From Mucilaginibacter sp. (GTDB lineage: Bacteria; Bacteroidota; Bacteroidia; Sphingobacteriales; Sphingobacteriaceae), in assembly GCA_035489035.1 (NCBI GenBank), contig DATHKT010000020.1, positions 24,904 through 88,903 of the forward strand: a DNA stretch of 64,000 nucleotides, written 5' to 3'. The translations under genes were made by a program, and so were the position numbers. Of the stretch, positions 60,826-64,000 are shown in pieces. The notes under the pieces were generated by a model. The model saw nothing but the letters and a program-made list of their open reading frames with translations, ran no database searches and was not told where the DNA came from. Each line of letters begins with the position of its first letter. Positions within the stretch are counted from its first letter, which is position 1.

Positions 60826-61947
60826 ATGGCCGGCATCTATCTACACATTCCTTTTTGCAAGCAAGCCTGCCATTATTGCGATTTCCATTTCAGCACTTCG
60901 CTGACCTACAAAGCTGAATTAGTACAATCCCTTTTAAAGGAAATAGAGCTGCAAAAGAGCTTTCTAAATGGTGAAACAATTGAAACGATCTATTTTGGCG
61001 GGGGTACACCATCTTTACTCAGCGGCGAAGAAATTAACCTGCTCATCGATAAAATAACCAAACTGCATACGGTATCCGCTGATGCCGAAGTTACCCTGGA
61101 AGCCAACCCGGATGACCTTGGCAGCGAAAAGTTGAAAGCGTTAAGGCAAACGGCCATCAATCGTTTCAGTATCGGCATACAATCTTTTTTTGATGACGAT
61201 TTAACTTGGATGAACCGCGTACACCGCGCGGCGGAAGCTGAGTCATCTGTGAAACGAGCGCAGGATGCTGGATTTGAAAATATTACAGTCGACCTGATCT
61301 ATGGTTATCCCCTGCTTACATCTCAAAAATGGAAAGGTAACCTGGATAAAGTGTTTGAGTTGGGGATTCCGCATGTATCCGCCTATTCTATGACAGTTGA
61401 ACCACGCACAGCCCTGGCTTCCTTCATCAAAACGAAAAAAGAAGCCCCCATGAGCGAGGAGCAAAGTGCCGAACAGTTTATGCAATTGACGGATGCCATG
61501 CAAACGCGGGGTTTTGAGCATTATGAAATATCCAACTTTGCATGGCCGGGTCAGTATTCGAGGCATAATACCAACTACTGGAAAGGGGTGAAATATCTTG
61601 GTATAGGCCCATCGGCACACTCTTATAATGGTGAAGCAAGACAATGGAACGTTGCCAACAACGCTAAATATATGCAGGAGATCGGTATCAATAAAATACC
61701 TGCCGAAATGGAGATCCTCACCGAAACCAACCGCCTCAACGAGTATATCATGACCTCCTTGCGTACCATGTGGGGGCTTGATCTGGACCAGCTTAATAAA
61801 ATAGCTAAAGGCTCCTCAGATCAACTATTAAAAGAAACTATTGAATTTTTTGAAAAGGGCTGGATCATCCAAAAAAACCAAACCATTTACCTCACCCAAA
61901 CAGGTAAATTATATGCCGATCATATTGCTTCAGAACTGTTTTTCTGA
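60826..61947 (+). CDS. hemW: Radical SAM heme chaperone HemW
   Basis: YLHIPFCKQACHYCDF (CxxxCxxC), YFGGGTPS, TLEANPDD, HYEISNF, HNTNYW. Start moved to ATG 60826. Confidence 0.92.
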   Translation: MAGIYLHIPFCKQACHYCDFHFSTSLTYKAELVQSLLKEIELQKSFLNGETIETIYFGGGTPSLLSGEEINLLIDKITKLHTVSADAEVTLEANPDDLGSEKLKALRQTAINRFSIGIQSFFDDDLTWMNRVHRAAEAESSVKRAQDAGFENITVDLIYGYPLLTSQKWKGNLDKVFELGIPHVSAYSMTVEPRTALASFIKTKKEAPMSEEQSAEQFMQLTDAMQTRGFEHYEISNFAWPGQYSRHNTNYWKGVKYLGIGPSAHSYNGEARQWNVANNAKYMQEIGINKIPAEMEILTETNRLNEYIMTSLRTMWGLDLDQLNKIAKGSSDQLLKETIEFFEKGWIIQKNQTIYLTQTGKLYADHIASELFF

Positions 61948-62058
61948 AAGAAACAGGCTATTATCAAATGATTGTGATCGTTAAGTTAAATCAAAGTTAA
62001 TAAACGTAACCCAATGTTTAAATGACGAAAATATTAATTTACTCAAATCGTTATCTTG

Positions 62059-62066
62059 TATCTTTG
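62059..62066 (+). promoter_or_regulatory. -7 box of the cupin gene
   Basis: TATCTTTG, 41 nt upstream of ATG 62108. Confidence 0.5.
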
Positions 62067-62107
62067 GCAAACAACAATGCCAATTATTATTGATTTGAGA
62101 TAATTAT

Positions 62108-62989
62108 ATGAGCTTTATTCTTCGCCCGATAGATACTGTAGATACCATTAGTTCTGAAGATTTTACTGAGAGATATTTAAAACCCCGCCGCCCGCTGGTA
62201 ATCAAAGGGTTGACCAAAAGCTGGCCCGCCCGCGATAAGTGGACACCTGAATATTTGAAGGAAATGGTAGGCAATAAAGTAGTACCGTTGTATGATAACT
62301 CAAAAGCCGATCCCTCAAAACCCATCAACTCGGCCGCGGCAGAAATGCCATTTGATGAATATATCGACCTCATCAAATCAAAACCTACCGAGCTGCGGAT
62401 TTTCTTTTTTAATATTTTCAAACAAGCGCCGCAGTTGCTCAATGATATCGTATTACCCAAAAACCTGATGGGCGGCTTTATAGAAAGCATGCCAGCCATG
62501 TTTTTCGGGGGGTCAAATTCGGTTACTTTTTTGCATTATGATATCGATCTACCTCATATTTTCCATACCCATTTTGGTGGCCGCAAGCACGTGATCCTTT
62601 TCGAAAACAAATGGAAGCGCCGCTTATACTGCCTGCCCAATGCTACCTATGCATTGGAAGATTATGACGTAGCAAACCCGGACACTAAAAAATTCCCCGC
62701 GCTGGAAGGTGTGGAAGGCACTGAGGTTTTCCTGGAACATGGCGATACCCTTTTTATGCCCACCGGCTACTGGCACTGGATGAAATATATTGATGGCTCC
62801 TATTCCCTCAGCCTGCGCGCCTGGGATGCATCCCTTACCCGCAAAGCGGCCAGCCTGTATAATTTGGCCATGAAAGGCGGAGTCGATAGCCTGCTAAAAA
62901 TGGCCTTCAAAGGCGATTATGCAAAATACCGCGAAAAGGTAGCCATTAAATGGGCCGACAGGGCATTGGCGGCGGGCAAACCCCTATAG
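62108..62989 (+). CDS. JmjC/cupin-like Fe(II)/2-oxoglutarate-dependent oxygenase
   Basis: YLKPRRPLVI...WPA..KW, MFFGG, HYD metal motif, G.K...LF, GDTLFMP.GYWH. Confidence 0.85.
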   Translation: MSFILRPIDTVDTISSEDFTERYLKPRRPLVIKGLTKSWPARDKWTPEYLKEMVGNKVVPLYDNSKADPSKPINSAAAEMPFDEYIDLIKSKPTELRIFFFNIFKQAPQLLNDIVLPKNLMGGFIESMPAMFFGGSNSVTFLHYDIDLPHIFHTHFGGRKHVILFENKWKRRLYCLPNATYALEDYDVANPDTKKFPALEGVEGTEVFLEHGDTLFMPTGYWHWMKYIDGSYSLSLRAWDASLTRKAASLYNLAMKGGVDSLLKMAFKGDYAKYREKVAIKWADRALAAGKPL

Positions 62990-63100
62990 GCAAAAAAAGC
63001 AATATTTCCTTAATAAATTGTCCACTTTTCAGGGCGGTCCGTTCCAAAAATGTAGAACACTTTGGAGTACCATAATAGTTAAGAAATTTAACTAAAAACG

Positions 63101-63150
63101 TACTGACAAACTCGTGTCAGTAACTAATTAAAACCCTTTCCGTAAATTTG
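63101..63150 (+). promoter_or_regulatory. Palindromic operator plus -7 box with no downstream ORF
   Basis: TACTGACA-N6-TGTCAGTA (63101..63122), 20 nt before TAAATTTG (63143..63150). Confidence 0.55.
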
Positions 63151-63159
63151 TATATAGCC

Positions 63160-63290
63160 CTTTTCCCCACCCTCTCTGCTGCGCAAAGAGGGTCGACAAG
63201 CGCAGCGTAGTCGGGGTGAGTCCACTCACCGATTTGCACAACTACCCCATAATTAACCCCCATTGTCTGTGTCCCCACAGACAACTACAA
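63160..63290. repeat. REP-like elements
   Basis: CCCCACCCTCTCTGCTGCGCAAAGAGGGTCGACAAGCGCAGCGTAGTCGGGGTGAG and palindrome TTGTCTGTG-TCCC-CACAGACAA. Confidence 0.55.
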
Positions 63291-63358
63291 ACACAGATAA
63301 CTACTGCATTCCATCATATAAATTATTTGTGAAAATAATTGAATTGTTCCTTGACGTA

Positions 63359-63961
63359 TTAATTCAGGCTGGACTTATAACATTGCATATCCCGGCCAAC
63401 AGGTTTCCGTAACACCACAACAGCAATATACCACACCGGTATCAGCATCAGCACATCCACCACATGCCCGATCGATTCGATCCGTAATATCCGGGAAACA
63501 GGGAACAAAAGACCGCCTGCCGCCAATAGTATGCCTGTCCATAAGGGGACAGCCTTTTTCACACAAAGCATGATACCAAGTACCAAAATGCTAAGCGGAA
63601 AAGCCGGGCCGCCAAACCAGAATATGAGGTTAGCTGCAACCGGGTGTTGTGCAAGCGCCTGCAACATAGTTTTATGATCGATGCTAAACATTTCGGCAAA
63701 TATACCCTGCAAGCCAAACGCCACACCGCCGCATACAGCGCCGTAAATGGCTATTGCTTTACCCCAGGCCGCATATATGGGGGCTTTCTCCTTCAGCAAA
63801 CCAAACAAGCCATCAAAAGCAAAAACCCAGAAGAAACTGCCGATAACAACAAACGTACCGCAGGTAACGCTGTACTGACCACCGTTCAGCCAAAAAAAGC
63901 CGGATATGGTATAAAATAAAGGCGCGAGGAATAACGATGATCTGTGAAGCTTTAATTCCAT
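63359..63961 (-). CDS. Multi-pass membrane protein (hypothetical)
   Basis: 200 aa with about six hydrophobic helices; ATG start with an A-rich leader. Confidence 0.75.
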   Translation of the reverse strand: MELKLHRSSLFLAPLFYTISGFFWLNGGQYSVTCGTFVVIGSFFWVFAFDGLFGLLKEKAPIYAAWGKAIAIYGAVCGGVAFGLQGIFAEMFSIDHKTMLQALAQHPVAANLIFWFGGPAFPLSILVLGIMLCVKKAVPLWTGILLAAGGLLFPVSRILRIESIGHVVDVLMLIPVWYIAVVVLRKPVGRDMQCYKSSLN

Positions 63962-64000
63962 AAATTCAGGTTTAATTAAAGCTCAGACTACCCAATAATC

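Overview
Chromosomal window from a Bacteroidota genome, most likely Sphingobacteriaceae or Mucilaginibacter-like (inferred from gene content and TAnnTTTG promoters). The left 27 kb is an accessory surface-protein locus. It holds a T9SS-secreted S8 protease and, transcribed divergently, a 72-aa micro-protein with a signal peptide and a PEP-CTERM-like PLD-TM tail. Six tandem 1041-1224 aa T9SS-cargo paralogues (A1-A6) follow, sharing a constant ~610-aa C-terminal module and carrying variable N-termini. The middle is core genome: a DUF4136 lipoprotein, nadE, gldB, the atpIBEFHAG operon, sprE/porW, two tandem class A PBPs, uvrC, gldKLMN, hemD and DUF4271. The right end has a TIGR03118-type lipoprotein and a family 2A encapsulin operon (shell, cysteine desulfurase with five exact 40-aa repeats, serine acetyltransferase), then hemW, a JmjC/cupin protein and a membrane protein. 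Intergenic DNA carries several REP-like palindromes and short-period tandem or inverted repeats. I saw no rRNA, tRNA, CRISPR array, transposase or integrase. The best candidate for an undescribed system is the micro-protein plus the six-paralogue T9SS array, whose members all use non-AUG starts and mostly keep O-glycosylation sequons at fixed positions. All calls are by eye, with no database searches.
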